In this document: piece by piece, positions 63,978 through 64,000 of the stretch | How positions within the stretch are numbered: position 1 is the first letter of the stretch | Layout: each line of letters starts with the position of its first letter | Origin: Mobula hypostoma | Taxonomy: Eukaryota | NCBI RefSeq assembly: GCF_963921235.1 | Contig: NC_086108.1 | Coordinates: 79,176,001-79,240,000, forward strand | Length of the DNA stretch: 64,000 bases | Reading direction: 5' to 3' | The notes under the pieces: model-generated | Seen by the model: the letters and a program-made list of their open reading frames with translations, nothing else | Databases searched by the model: none | What the model was told of the DNA's origin: nothing | Program-made: the position numbers and the translations under genes

Positions 63978-64000
63978 AGTGTGTGTGTGTGTGTATATAT
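63978..64000. repeat. (GT)n(AT)n microsatellite
   Basis: gtgtgtgtgtgtgtgtatatat at the window end. Confidence 0.9.

Noticed and set aside
1..64000. CRISPR array, prokaryotic operon, retron or DGR-like system
   Set aside because: No repeat-spacer periodicity; all RT motifs belong to eukaryotic retrotransposons

Overview
This is eukaryotic, AT-rich, transposon-saturated vertebrate DNA, intergenic or intronic. The repeat set suggests a cartilaginous fish (inference): CR1 LINEs with SGNH-esterase ORF1, HE1/V-type and Deu-type SINEs, Rex1/Babar, L1, RTE, R4/Dong, Penelope-like elements (PLE), Ty3/Gypsy, hAT and Tigger-like DNA transposons. No host protein-coding gene, rRNA, true tRNA or CRISPR array can be identified; nearly all long ORFs are decayed retroelement frames, and a few minus-strand exon candidates remain unverified. 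Elements nest up to four deep. The most notable structure is a set of about 9 PLE-terminus insertions carrying a minimal hammerhead ribozyme motif, with one intact copy at 35865-35902. Several share one fold-back architecture: an inverted arm lacking a 34-37 nt tail and a direct arm ending in that tail; three of these have 12-18 bp target-site duplications (TSDs). Also notable are a young, frameshift-free RTE fragment, a possible HDV-like ribozyme relic in an RTE-derived element, and a recent 47-bp perfect hairpin spanning a transposon junction. Family names come from motif recognition by eye, and boundaries of old elements are approximate.
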